Positions 11,486 to 23,504 of a DNA stretch of 64,000 nt are shown here, one piece after another. Each line of letters opens with the position of its first letter. Position 1 is the first letter of the stretch. The notes below the pieces were generated by a model. The model was not told the DNA's origin. It saw only the letters and a list, made by a program, of their open reading frames with translations, and did not search any database. Source of the stretch: Leucoraja erinacea (taxonomy: Eukaryota); NCBI RefSeq assembly GCF_028641065.1, contig NC_073410.1, positions 4,278,001 to 4,342,000 of the forward strand. The letters run 5' to 3'. Made by a program: the position numbers and the translations under genes.

Positions 11486-11989
11486 TACAGGTGTCCATTA
11501 GTCAGAAGTTTGGAACATGGGGGAGGGGCTTGTATTTCATACCATCAAAAAGGCTGGCATCATCAAATCCATACCTTCCTCCATTTCCCCAACTACAGCC
11601 AAAAATAGGATTGCTGACTCTAGTTCAATCCATGACTGAAGGTCTGGCCTTATGATCTCTTGCTTCCAATCACCTACTGTTAAGCAGGTGCTCCATTGAT
11701 CTCAGAGAAATTGCAACACTCAACCTGGCAGAAAATCACAAGTGTATTAAAGAAAAAAAGTTTTTCTTTCCTTTGAACATTGTTACCTATTTGAACAATT
11801 TCTCAGCTCCTTGCAAAAAAAGTTAACAGTTCATGGAGAGAGTGAATTTTCATCTTTGAAAATCATCTCCCAAAAAGTGGTAAAAAAACAAAATTCTGGG
11901 CGAACTCGAGTTACAATTTGGTCCAATCCTGGGTTTAGGCACTGGAAAGAGAACAGAACACTCCCAATCCCAGCTCCCAACTCCCAAAC

Positions 11990-12584
11990 ACAGCGCCCGC
12001 CGGGGGCTCCAACTTTGTGACATTTAGACCGGGAGTAGGGCTGTACATCCTCCCGCGCGGCCTAAGATGGCCGTGGGACTTATCATCGCCCGCCTGGGGC
12101 TTGGACATCGGGAGAGAAATGGAAAACAGGGGAGAGAAAAGACTTTGCCTTCCATCACAGTGGGTTCACTGTGATGGATGTTTTTGTAAATTGAATTGTG
12201 TGCATGTCTGTATGATATTGTCTTTGTTTGTATGGCTGTGGAAACGCAGTTTCGTTTGAGCCTCAATGAGGTTCAAATGACATGTAATAAATATTCCGTT
12301 TGGGGAGTCTGCATCCTGGGGGCATGAACATCAAATTCTCCCAATTTTGTTAGTCCTTGCTGTCTCCTCCCCTTCCTCAGTCCCCCTGCTGTCTCCTCCC
12401 ATCCCCCAGCCTTCGGTCTCCTCCTCCTTTTTCCTTTCTTGCCCCCGCCCCCGATCAGTCTGAAGAAGGGTTTCGGCCCCAAACGTTGCCTATTTCCTTC
12501 GCTCCATAGATGCTGCTGCACCCGCTGAGTTTCTCCAGCTTTTTTGTGTACCTGTAATAAATATTGATTGATTGATTGATTGAT
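11990..12584 (+). mobile_element. GC-rich non-coding element with Rex1-type tail (5'-truncated), interrupted by a PLE
   Basis: 12-bp hairpin 12151-12178; terminal stem-loop + aataaa + (TTGA)n tail; homologous block at 59711-59750. Confidence 0.55.
12296..12552 (+). mobile_element. PLE 3' end + pLTR
   Basis: RLGSLHPGGMNIKFSQFC*; 13-bp TSD tgtaataaatatt (12283-12295 / 12553-12565). Confidence 0.85.
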
Positions 12585-13892
12585 CCTGTCTGTTACATCT
12601 CGCTGTAGAAAGTCATCGTGAATTCCAGATGAGGATGATACTCCACTCTTTAAAAGGCTGGAGTCACTCAGTGAGTCAGGCAGCAGCTCTGGAGAACATG
12701 GATAGGTGATATTTTTGTGTCGGGAACCTCCATCAGACTGCTGAAAAAGGGTTCCAACCTGAAACATCACCAAGCCATGTTCTCACAATTATACCAAGCC
12801 AACTCTTACAGTACAGATTTGGTGCTGGAAAAAGTCCATCCAATCAAAAAGGCTTACAACCTGATCCATGTGGTTCTCAAACTCTGATTTGACTGTTACT
12901 CATCCAGATCATCCCGGAGATTGAATCCTACCTGCACTCTGTAAAAGGCAGGAGTCAACTCTCGGTCCACTGTGAGTGGCACCAACAAATAAGGCAGCAG
13001 TCAACTCTAAGTGACTTAAGTCAGTATTTTTGTGTCACATCCATCAGACTGCTGTGCCTGAAACATCACCAAGCCATGTTCCACCCTGGGTGGGAAATTT
13101 ACCCAGTGCACATCTGCAAAGGAACTTTCAACTAACTTACTGTACAAACCGTTGGAGTGTGGGAGGAAAACTCCAGATATGTAACTCTCGGTCTTTTACG
13201 AGAAAGTACCACACTTCAATGCAAACACCAGTAAAGACCCGTGGAAAAGAACCCTGCAGGATCAAAACCTTGGTCTCTGGTGCAGTACCTTGTTTCATTT
13301 ATACTGCACTCTGGATGGTTCCACAGCGTGCCACCTGTGTGCTTTTGTGCCTCATGTAAACAACACATCTGCAGTTCCTTGTTTCAATAATACTGCACTC
13401 TGATGGTTCCACAGCTTGCCACGACTCACTGTGGCCTCCACAACAATGTCCTCACATTAAAAAAACTTTTTACTAATTCTTTAATAACTTGTCAGTTTCT
13501 TTGTTGAACTAAATTATAACTCGTACCTTATCCCTTTCTATTCTACTCACAGTTCTATTGCAGGCTCTTGACATGAAGCGTGGACTATCCTTTTCCCTCC
13601 ACTGATGCTGCTTGGCCTACTGAGTTTACAGCTGAATTTATCTTGTGTCCCTATAGATGACTAATTGGATGCAAAGACCTTTGAGGAAGCCTGAGGCTTT
13701 GTGTTGAGCTATTTACTAGCATGCATGTTCTTGAATGAATCCGCAATTTCAGCTTGGGAGGAAAAATTCTTGTCCAAGATTTGTTCCCTGCTTGGTCACT
13801 TACATGGACTTAAAGTTGGTAAGAAATGGAAAAGGCTAGCAATGTCCAACAGGTAAGTCACGGTCAGTGCTAAGTAGGTTCAGGATTTAAAC

Positions 13893-14500
13893 AGAAGATA
13901 GACACAAAAAACTGGAGTAACTCAACGGGACAGGCAGCATCTCTGTCAAATATATAAATAAGTGGTATCAGGACCTGGTAACGGGAGGTAAAATAACAAA
14001 AACAGACTTGGTTGGTAGTCCCCTTTCTGCGGAGTTTAATGTTATAATAGAGCGATTGTTTCTATTTTCTCTCTCTTTCTTTTCTAGGGTCTATTTTCTC
14101 ACTTTACTTCCTTCTCTAACTTCTTTCCTAAGGGGCTTTCTTTTCCCAACACTCTTGCACTGCACGACTCTCTTGCACTTTCTTTACTTTCCTTACTTCT
14201 ACCTTTTTCTTAAAGCTCAAAAAAAATGAAGCGGTACAAAAAATGTATTAAGATATATGTGTTGTGTAGGATTGTAATTTACCGTACTTCTAATAAAAAT
14301 AAAATTTAAAAAAAAAAAAGCATCTCTGGAGAGAAGGAATGGGTGACGTTTCGGGTCGACACTGGTTAGGGATAAGGGAAACAGGAGATGTAGATGGTGA
14401 TGTGGAGAGATAAAGAACAATGAATGAATGATATGCAAAAAAGTAACGATGATAAATGAAAGAGGCCATTGTTAGCTGCTTGTTGGACGAAAATAAGAGA
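13893..14500 (-). mobile_element. PLE pLTR split by a poly(A) retro-insertion
   Basis: pLTR blocks at 13893-13945 resume at 14319. Confidence 0.75.
13946..14318 (+). mobile_element. Poly(A)-tailed retro-insertion (L1/Tx1-type 3' end or processed transcript fragment)
   Basis: AATAAA 14292-14297, A-tail, 10-bp TSD agcatctctg (13936-13945 / 14319-14328). Confidence 0.75.
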
Positions 14501-14693
14501 ACTTATGTCTCTCCCTCATAGTGTATTGAATCAGTACATGGTTGACCATCACTTTAAAAGCAGGGCATTGTCTCATTGAGACATGGGGAACCACGGGTGA
14601 TGGAATCTCGAGCAAATCACACAGTGCTGGAGGAAGTCAATAGCTCAGTCACCACCTGGTGAGGGAATGGATAGACAACACTTTGGAATGGGA

Positions 14694-14900
14694 GGTTACA
14701 CAAAAAAGCTGGAGAAACTCAGCGGGTGCAGCAATAGGCAACGTTTCGGGCCGAAACCCTTCTTCAGACTGAGTCTGAAGAAGGGTTTCGGCCCGAAACG
14801 TTAACTATTTCCTTCGCTCCATAGATGCTGCTGCACCCGCTGAGTTTCTCCAGCTTTTTTGTGTAACCTTCGATTCTCCAGCATCTGCAGTTCCTTCTTA
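14694..14900. mobile_element. Young palindromic PLE cassette with two hammerhead cores, nested in an older PLE pair (~14600-15025)
   Basis: Perfect 31-bp inverted arms 14740-14770 / 14772-14802; 17-bp TSD 14677-14693 / 14901-14917. Confidence 0.85.
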
Positions 14901-15254
14901 AACACTTTGGAATGGGATCCTTCTTCAGACTGAATAAGTCAGAAGGGTCCCAACTGGAAACGGCGCTTGTTCATTCCCTCCGCAGATGCTGCCTGACCTG
15001 CTGAGTTCCTCAGGCACTTTGTATATTGTAGAGTTGTCCTTTTCACATTGGTCCACCAATTTCATGAACCTCCTGCTGGTGTCAATCACAGAAGGTGATC
15101 ATCAACCTGCCATTGCCTTTGGATAATTTGTTGTAAAATCCCAGTGATGTCAGCAAAGACTTCCAGCTCTGAGTATCAGTCCATGTCAAAAAGAAAGAGT
15201 AACCTTTGCAATGAGATGGCTAATGGTGGAGAGGTGCAGAGTTGAAACATTGGA

Positions 15255-15670
15255 AATCTTTTAGGACCAAGATGAAAAAAACATTTTTCACACAGAGAGT
15301 GGTGAAGCTCTGGAATTCTCTGCCACAGAAGGTAGTTGAGGCCAGTTCATTGGCTATATTTAAGAGGGAGTTAGATGTGGCCCTTGTGGCTAAAGGGATC
15401 AGGGGGTATGGAGAGAAGGCAGGTACAGGATACTGAGTTGGATGATCAGCCATGATCATATTGAATATTTCATATTTCGGACACATACTGTTTCATTTAT
15501 TTATAGATATTGTTTATGACACTTTATAAATATTCTTGTTTTTTTTTGTATGCTGTTTCACACTTGCTTTTTATTCTTTTATTCTGTTCAAAATAAATAA
15601 TAAAATAAAATAAATAAGATAAAATGGCTTGAAGGGCCGAATGGCCTACTCCTGCACCTATTTTCTATTT
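15255..15670 (+). mobile_element. CR1/HER1 3' end with an AT-rich (AAAAT)n-tailed insert (~15466-15622)
   Basis: FFTQRVVKLWNSLPQKVVEASSLAIFKRELD...GY*. Confidence 0.9.
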
Positions 15671-17439
15671 TTTTGTTGATAGTTTCGCTTTAAAAGGCAC
15701 TGTCACTGTAAAAGGCAGCAACTCTACTGCTGCACCACTGTTCCACCCTGTTACACTTAACAAATGTAATAAACCTCTGAACTGTTTCACTTTCCACAGA
15801 TGCTGCCTGACATGCTGAGTTTTTCCAGCATTTTGCTGTTTATATCACTGCTTTTACCCAATTGCGTTATTAATTGGTTGATAGCAATGCCTCCAAGTTT
15901 TCATCTAATTTTTAGGGGGGGATAAAACACACACTTATCTGGCTCAAATTGTTGATGTTGGGGAAATGAAGGTTCTGTAATTAAATCACACAGTCATCCT
16001 GCACTGAAGGAGGCCATTCAGCCCATTGAGTCCATGCCAGCTCTCTCCAGTCATTGCCCAGCCTATTCCATTAGTCATGCAAATGGCCAAGTCCTCATCA
16101 TGAATCAAATCAAAGCAAATCCCTACCACCCTATATAACTTCCACAAGTTTACTAAAGTGCGGATTTTAATGCAGGTTACATCTCTAAGAGCCTCCTATG
16201 TATAAGCAAACATGACATCTCTCCTCACACATCAGATATTTGACCTTCGTGCACCTGAAAATACGTTCTCTCTGCAAGTCAGTGTACAAGGCTGCAGTTG
16301 GCTGGCAGGGAGGTTCCTAATATGTTATGCATCAGTACATGGAGATGGCATCCATCCAAGCTTGGCCAGAGGCTTCCTCTGGAATACATGACAGCATCAA
16401 GCTCAGCACATTGCAATCTATTCCCCTAGAAGCAAGAATGATACAATGTGCGCATTGTTAAAGGTTCATCTTGCTTCCATTATGGTATGCAGAGTGGTAA
16501 TAAATTACATTTAGTGTTCACAGGATACATCACGTGAACAGTAAGTGCAAGCCAAGCTGGAAGAGGTCTGGATTTATAAGCACACCATCTGTATGTGCAG
16601 GCACAGAATGAATTGTCATAAACTTTTTCTTTAAGTGTGCATCAATAGATTTCGACAAACATTTGTACAATCGAAATCGACATCTACTTTAGTTGTCATC
16701 TTCACCTTCTCTCCTGCATGTCATGCAATGAGTGTTTCCTCTTTTCAGAGGCTGCAGAGTTCGAGCCATGGATAAAGATAAAAGTATCTATTTTTATTAA
16801 ATTGTGGAGATCTTCTATTACTCAGTCAGTTTACTACCCTCCACAGCTGGACAAATGTGCCGTTGAGATTAAATGCATTGCGACAGTCAATACTTTAGGT
16901 TTTAGCTTCCTGGCAAAAGGATGAGAAGGCTAATGTGTCTGAGTTCAGTTCCAAACTTTGCTTCTTTAATGTGCGGGTGCTCTTATCCCTCTGGTGCTCG
17001 ACTCTGCTGAAAACAAAACCTCAAAATCCTTTACATTGTCGGCCATGTCTCATGCGGTGGACCTGGTTATCTGGATCTGTGCTTCACTGTTCTATCCAGA
17101 TGTGGAAGACAATCCCCACCCTAGAACCCCCAGGACCAACACCGAGATCTTCGGATTTATCACGTTAGAACTGGATTTGAATATGCAGGTTAGCAAAATC
17201 CTATCAGCAGTCACAAAGAAAGAAATAAGGAGTCACTACGGATCATAGTTTATGCAGTATCAACGACATAGAGCAGTCGCAGTGAGTGTAGGAAGTCATC
17301 AACGAACACACAAATCAGTTGCAGGACTTGAGTGTTCAGTCCTTCAAACCTACACCAATATTAAATAGGACCATGACTAGTCCTAATGCAAGATCAATGG
17401 ATCAGTCCAATTTCTAAACTAGGTGAATAAGATTAATAA

Positions 17440-17787
17440 CTGTATAAGATTGTGAGAGGAATAGATAGTGAGAATGCACAGAGTCTTTTACCTAGAGCAG
17501 GGGATTCAAGAACCAGAGGTCATAGGTTTAAGGCGAGGGGGGGGGGAATTTAATAGGAACCTGAGGGGCAACTTTACTGGACAAAGGGTGAAGGTATATG
17601 GAATGAGCTGTGGAAAGATGTATTTGAGGCAGGTATTATTACAATGTTTAAAAAACATTTGGAGAGTAAAGGTTTAGAGGGATTTTGGCCAAACGCAGGC
17701 CGTTGGAACTAAGGTAGATGGGGCATGGGGGTTGGCATGGACAAGTGGGTTGAATAGCCTATTTCTACGCTGCATGAATCTATGAAT
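17440..17787 (+). mobile_element. Degenerate CR1/HER1 3' end
   Basis: FNRNLRGNF-like frame; tail ctatgaat. Confidence 0.75.
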
Positions 17788-17789
17788 AT

Positions 17790-17825
17790 ATCTTTAGGTC
17801 GCTGGTTCAACTCCTGCTTGAAGGA
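17790..17825 (+). pseudogene. tRNA-Tyr 3'-half relic with trailer and TTTT
   Basis: atctttaggtcgctggttcaactcctgcttgaagga matches 31/36 to the vertebrate tRNA-Tyr 3' exon as recalled (ATCCTTAGGTCGCTGGTTCGAATCCGGCTCGAAGGA); no CCA; T4 at 17836-17839; 5' half absent. Confidence 0.7.
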
Positions 17826-17842
17826 GCTGCTCACCTTTTGAA

Positions 17843-17994
17843 GGCGCTGTGCACACAGCAGCCAGCCAACAGTCGTTTGTCTTTTTCTTTTAACTTTCAC
17901 TTTTAATTTCACATTTTTGTGCACCTTGTGTGTGTGACTGTCGGCAGACCAACTTCCGTCTGGGGATGAATGAAGTTTTATCGTATCGTATCGT
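17843..17994 (+). mobile_element. Short element with ggcgctgt...cagcca head and (TATCG)n tail
   Basis: Head resembles 59043-59090; tail resembles the reverse copy at ~303-349. Confidence 0.5.
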
Positions 17995-18160
17995 GTATGT
18001 CACTGGTGTCACAGATTTCATCAGCAAGTGTGCAGAGGACTGTGTACCAAAGAAGATGATACGAGTATTCCCCAACTGGAAACCATGGATGAACCATGAG
18101 GTCCTCTCCTAGGTGGAGTCCAAGTCTGCAGCATTCAATTCAAATGATCCCAAGCAGTAC
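17995..18160 (+). mobile_element. Rex1/Babar internal fragment
   Basis: VTDFISKCAEDCVPKKMIRVFPNWKPWMN. Confidence 0.75.
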
Positions 18161-18265
18161 AAATATGGACCCAAAACGTCACCCATTCCTTCTCTCCAGA
18201 GATGCTGCCTGTCCCGCTGAGTTACTCTGGCTTTTTGTGTCTATCTTCAGTGCAAATACCGTAGG

Positions 18266-18547
18266 GTTAGACACACAGCATGAAAACAGACCCTTCGGCC
18301 CACCGAGTCAATGCCAACCAACGATCACCTGTATACTAGTTCTATCCCACAAACCAGGGAGAATTTACAAAAGGATATGAACCTACAAAGCTGTACGTCT
18401 TTGGAATGTGGGAGGAAAGTGGAGCACCCAGAGAAATCCCATGGGGTCACAGAGAGAACATGCAAACTCCATACAAACACAACCCGTAGTCAGGATCGAC
18501 CCGGGTCTCTGGCGCTGTAAGGCAGCACCACTACCTCTGTGCCACCC
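18266..18547 (-). mobile_element. HE1-type V-SINE
   Basis: Reverse A/B boxes, V-domain and tail. Confidence 0.85.
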
Positions 18548-19319
18548 ATACACTTAACAAAAGTAATAAGTCTTGGAACTTACATGGATAAAACTCTTCA
18601 GATGTACAAAATTGCATAATTAATTACTAACATATAAAATTCTAAAGTTTAACAAAACACTCGTTTATTTAATCTCTTAGTATTTCGACAACGTAACTCT
18701 TCAATCATGGGAGATGTTTAATGTCTCATCCAGCCCATGCATCCGTGATTCCAATGAATCATTTCTCCAGATAAACTCCACAGCAATCCCATACCACATC
18801 TTGTATTATGACTGTTACCTAACATAATCACATCTATAACTAGAAATACACTGTACTGTATACCTTTACAAACATATGTTAACAGTAAATATAAAACACT
18901 CTATGTTGTTGACAGCCTTCATTGTGAATTGTAACGGTCAGATCCGGATTAATTAAGGAGCAAATAGGCAGCTTAAATTGCAGGGTTTCATGGACAGCAC
19001 AATATCTTATCTCATAGCTGGGGAAATCATTCACTCTGTGATCATGGTGAAGCCAGAAAAAAACGGGAAAGAACATGTTTGACATCAGGGCAACATCTAA
19101 CTAAATATAACATCAAAGGGCTTTGAAAAAAAAAAAAAATTCACACAAAGAGGAAATGGTTGCATGGCTGAAATCATAACTGATATATCTCCTGTCAAAT
19201 ATAAACCATCACAGCCCCTACAAAGCTTCTAGATTCTTTGGAAGTTGTTTATCATTGGAAAATGTGGAAAATGTTACAACCCTTTTTGGCTGGCATCGCA
19301 ATGTCTTTTACCAGCACAT

Positions 19320-19535
19320 GGTGGTGAATCTGTGGAATTCTTTGCCACAGAAGGCTGTGGAGGCCAGGTCAATGGATACTTTTAACGCAGAGATTAATAG
19401 ATTCTTGATTAGTACGGGTGTTAAGGGTTATGGGGAGAAGGCAGGAGAATGGGGTTGAGAGGGAATGATAGATCAGCCATGATTGAATGGCGGAGTAGAC
19501 TTAATGGACAGAATGGCCTAATTCTGTTTCTATCA
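19320..19535 (+). mobile_element. CR1/HER1 3' end
   Basis: VVNLWNSLPQKAVEA...GYGEKAGEWG*. Confidence 0.9.
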
Positions 19536-19537
19536 TA

Positions 19538-19677
19538 GGGGTGGAAGATTGCAAACTTCATGTGGTCCGCCCTCTTTCGACTAATGCAATCAACTCGACG
19601 TGCACAAATGGAAGATCAAATAGAACAAGTTGTCCAACAACTTTACGCTGTGCATGCCACATGATAGAAGGAGATGA
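19538..19677 (+). mobile_element. HDV-like-ribozyme-headed short retroposon, copy 2 (ribozyme 19538-19591)
   Basis: GGGGUGG-AA-GAUUGCA-AAC-UUCAUGU-GGU-CCGCCCU-C-UUUCGA-CUAA-UGCAAUC; most decayed copy, no clear TSD. Confidence 0.8.
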
Positions 19678-19789
19678 ATCTCTAATGGCACAGTGGTGGG
19701 TTTTTTCAGGCTTCTCCGATAGTGTCGTAATCCCTGGTTGATTAAAAGCAGAACCCAGATTAAATTACCTGTTGGGCGTACGAAATGAC

Positions 19790-20175
19790 AGGTGATAATG
19801 AAGGACCATTTTCACCCTGTCATTCACTCTTCTCCTCCTCGTGTCAGGCAGAAGATACAAAAAGTATGTGGTACCAGATACAGAAACAATTTTCCCCATG
19901 CTGTTATAAGACAACTGAACTGGAATACTAAACTACTGGCTTTCATAAGCGAAGGGTGTATTCCCGATCTTCCAACTTACCTCATCGTGGCTCTTCCACT
20001 TTTATTTTAGCTACACATTCTCTGTATCTACAACACTATATTCTTCACTCTTGGGTATTTTGCTCTTTGAATCACCTAATGTACTTATTGTGGGTTGATT
20101 GTAGAGATGGTTTGACTGGACAGCATGCATACAAGGTTTTTCACTTTACCTCAGTAGACATGACAGTAATAAGCC
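19790..20175 (+). mobile_element. Degenerate Rex1/Babar 3' end
   Basis: IMKDHFHP...RYRNNFPHAVIRQLN; tail tttcac...gacatgacagtaa. Confidence 0.7.
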
Positions 20176-20304
20176 AATGCCGAACAATACGAATGATAAA
20201 AATAGTGATGCAACATTACCTGTGTTCTCAGTAATGATCTTTGCAAATAAGGAAAATGTCAGCAATTGTCCCTTGAACTCCATTCTCAAAGTACAAAAAG
20301 CACT

Positions 20305-20755
20305 AATCACTGCCCAGTCCTTCATCGGCTCTGACCTTCCTTCCATTGAGGGGATTTATCGCAGTCGCTGCCTCAAAAAGGCTGGCAGAATCATCAAAGA
20401 CCCACGCCATCCTGGCCACACACTCATCTCCCTGCTACCTTCAGGTAGAAGGTACAGGAGCCTGAAGACTGTAACAACCAGGTTCAGGAATAGCTACTTC
20501 CCCACAGCCATCAGGCTATTAAACCTGGCTCGGACAAAACTCTGATTATTAATAACCCATTATCTGTTATTTGCACTTTATCAGTTTATTTATTAATGTG
20601 TGTATATATTTATATTATGGCATATGGACATGCTTATCTGTTTTGTAGTAAATGCCTACTATGTTCTGTGTGCTGAAGCAAAGCAAAAATGTCATTGTCC
20701 TCTACAGGGACGCATGACAATAAACTCACTTGAACACTTGAGCTTGAACTTGAAC
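20305..20755 (+). mobile_element. Rex1/Babar 3' end
   Basis: TAQSFIGSDLPSIEGIYRSRCLKKAGRIIKDPRHPGHTLISLLPSGRRYRS...FPTAIRLLN; (CTTGAA)n tail. Confidence 0.9.
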
Positions 20756-21279
20756 AAAGCCACAATTGTACGGTTCACTAATGACTGCAGAATCAACTCA
20801 ACTAGACACAAGAATAGGTCTGAAGCAAGGCATTTGGCTAGAAATATTTCATTGAAGAAAAAGGAAATTCCAGTTTCCGATATGTAATCTAAGGCTTTGA
20901 GTGTCTTGTAATACCTGATGCACAATGAACCTATTGAATGGAATTGGAATCCAGAACAGTTTATTGAAATTAGTAAAGAAAATCAGGAATTCTGAAAGGT
21001 CACTTCATGACTTGCGTTCCTTTGGGAAATGTTCGGATGGAGAACAATTGTCATCCTGAACAGATATAATGCAGGTTTTGGCTTCAGGAAACAATGTTGC
21101 ATGTGACGTCCATAAAATCTCCAATGTTGGCAATGATGACGTGCAAGGTGACCTATTTCTCCCTTAATCTCAGCTAAAACATCATCTTCAAGACCATTCA
21201 AGAAAGCCCAGCAGTTGGGTTGCTGTCCTTCCACAGAAATCAGTGCAATTGAACCATGGAGGGGCCAGAATATGGAGCA

Positions 21280-21760
21280 ATAAACCACCTGTTGGAGGAA
21301 CTCAGAAGGTTGAGCAGCATTTATCCTGTTGCAGGGTCTCAGTTCAATTCAGTTTCTTGCCACGTGTACCAAGGTACAGTGAAAAATGTTTGTTCTATAT
21401 CTCTCTATACGACCATCTATATCTCTCGTTTCCCTTTCTCCTGGCTCTGAGGGTGATGAAGGGTCTCGACCCAAAACCTCACCTATTCCTTTTCTCCAGA
21501 GATGCTGTCTGACCCGCTGAGTTACTCCAGCTTTTTGTGTCTAAATGAATGATAGGTATTTAAAAGGACAAATCAAAGCCGGCAATGATGATCAAGGAAA
21601 GGTGGAGTCCACAATGGTCCATTGTTGGCTATGGAGAAGGTAATAATGAGTGATACAAACAGTTAAACTAAGCAGGAAGACAGTAAAACTAGTACGATGA
21701 CTAGGTTGGGGTGGGGGAGAGGGGGGGAGAGCAAGGGGATGCAAGGGTCACTTGAAGTAA
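21280..21760. mobile_element. Cluster of PLE pLTR / 3' fragments in both orientations
   Basis: gtgatgaagggtctcgacccaaaacctcacc pLTR (+) followed by a reverse PLE 3' region. Confidence 0.65.
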
Positions 21761-22254
21761 TATGGGATTGCTTTTGACAGACACCTGGCCACTCCTTGCT
21801 GGATGACTTACGGTTCATCTATGCTAGAAAAGTTGTGCCAACGTCTATATTGAGAATTTGATTTATTATTGATAATAACCAAAAGTAACATGCAAGGAAA
21901 TGAACTTAAATTTTTCATTATTTCCCTGCAAGGGCAACATATTTCAAAATGTCACCCATCCATTTGGCTTTAAGACAGGATAGTTGACAGCCCAAAATAT
22001 ATTGGAGGAATTGGTGTGCTGGGAATAACCAATCCCGTTTCTTTCCCGACATATCTTAAGTCCATCAGTCAGTGGCCTGACTGAATAACAATGTATTGGA
22101 GGACAGGGAGCCAGGAAACGGGGAAGGAGAGGGTAGGAATACCATCAATGCAGGGAGCAATGAACTATTCTAATGTACAGCTACAAATACCACCCCGACC
22201 AATTCCATTGCAATTTATTAATTTAATATGTTTAATTTACTATATTTGTCAAAA

Positions 22255-22510
22255 TTTCATTTGGCGTTAGCTCCGTCTTCATCACCCAAATTCCAACCAA
22301 ATTCATTTGCAAACCCGTGGACCTCGGACTCAATTACCTCCTCTGTAATTGAATCGTCAATTCCTGAACCGTAGAACGCAATCAGTAAAGGTAGACGGCA
22401 AAACATCCCCCACAATAACTCACAGTACTGGTACCCTGTACGGCTGCATTTGCAGCTTCTTACGATACCCCCCATACTCTCATGTATTGGGTACTAATGC
22501 TACGTGAGCC
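22255..22510 (+). mobile_element. Rex1/Babar reverse-transcriptase relic
   Basis: SSVFITQIPTKFICKPVDLGLNYLLCN*...TQSVKVDGKTSPTITHSTGTLYGC, with stops. Confidence 0.7.
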
Positions 22511-22537
22511 AGATCTCAAACTATGATAACATGAATG

Positions 22538-22850
22538 AAACCAGGTGCCACCGTCTTAGAATAAAGGGGAAGCCATTTAGGACTGAGGTGAGAAAAAAAC
22601 TTTTTCACCCAGAGAGTTGTGAATTTGTGGAATTCCCTGCCACAGAGGGCAGTGGAGGCCAAATCACTGGGTGGATTTAAGAGAGAGTTAGATAGAGCTC
22701 TAGAGGCTGGTGGAATCAAGGGACATGGGGAGAAGGCAGGCATGGGTTATTGATTGGGGATGATCAGCCATGATCACAATGAATGGCGGTGCAGGCTCGA
22801 AGGGCCTAATGGCCTCCTCCTGCACCTATTTTCTATGTTTCTATGTTTCT
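22538..22850 (+). mobile_element. CR1/HER1 3' end
   Basis: ORF2 end + (TTTCTATG)n tail. Confidence 0.9.
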
Positions 22851-23367
22851 AAATATTGTTTTTATTACCCAAAACCTACTCCATTTTTCTTCAATTATGA
22901 ATGTGATTTAATATTGATCTAAAACTAGGGATTACATGCAGATTAAATTTGTTTGATGCCCCCTCCAATACAAAATCAAGGGTGACATTTTCAAAGTAAT
23001 TATAACTCATTATATTCTTCAAAGTAGAGGTAAAATGGAACGCTGGAAAATGACTGAAGTAATTGGAAACAATAGTACAATACTGCTTGTATTTTTATGG
23101 AGGGGTGGTAAAGTATCTCTTAAGCCACATCAATAGGATTGATTGGTGACCTTAAGTTGCAAAAAACTGCAAACATTCATGAAACTTTACTTCTCGGTCC
23201 TTTATGACGTAAATAACTCAGTTTGGTCAACTACACACCACAACATTCAAAAATTGGACCTATTGCATAACCGCAAAGCTAACCAACAAAACTAATCATC
23301 GTTGATGCAAGGAAAACCATGAACTTGTATGGTAGATAATCATTTTTTCTTTAAGTTTAATTAAATC

Positions 23368-23504
23368 TTCTTCTTGCGTACAGCGTGCACAGCCTAAAGT
23401 TGTAGGACAACTTGTTCTATTTGATGTTATTTGATTGTGCACACCAGGTTGATTGCATTCGTCGACACAGGGCGGACTATGTGAAGGTTGCAATCTCCCA
23501 CCCC
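23368..23504 (-). mobile_element. HDV-like-ribozyme-headed short retroposon, copy 3 (ribozyme 23451-23504)
   Basis: Reverse strand GGGGUGG-GA-GAUUGCA-ACC-UUCACAU-AGU-CCGCCCU-G-UGUCGA-CGAA-UGCAAUC; (GAA)n tail; 14-bp TSD 23354-23367 / 23505-23518 (12/14). Confidence 0.85.
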
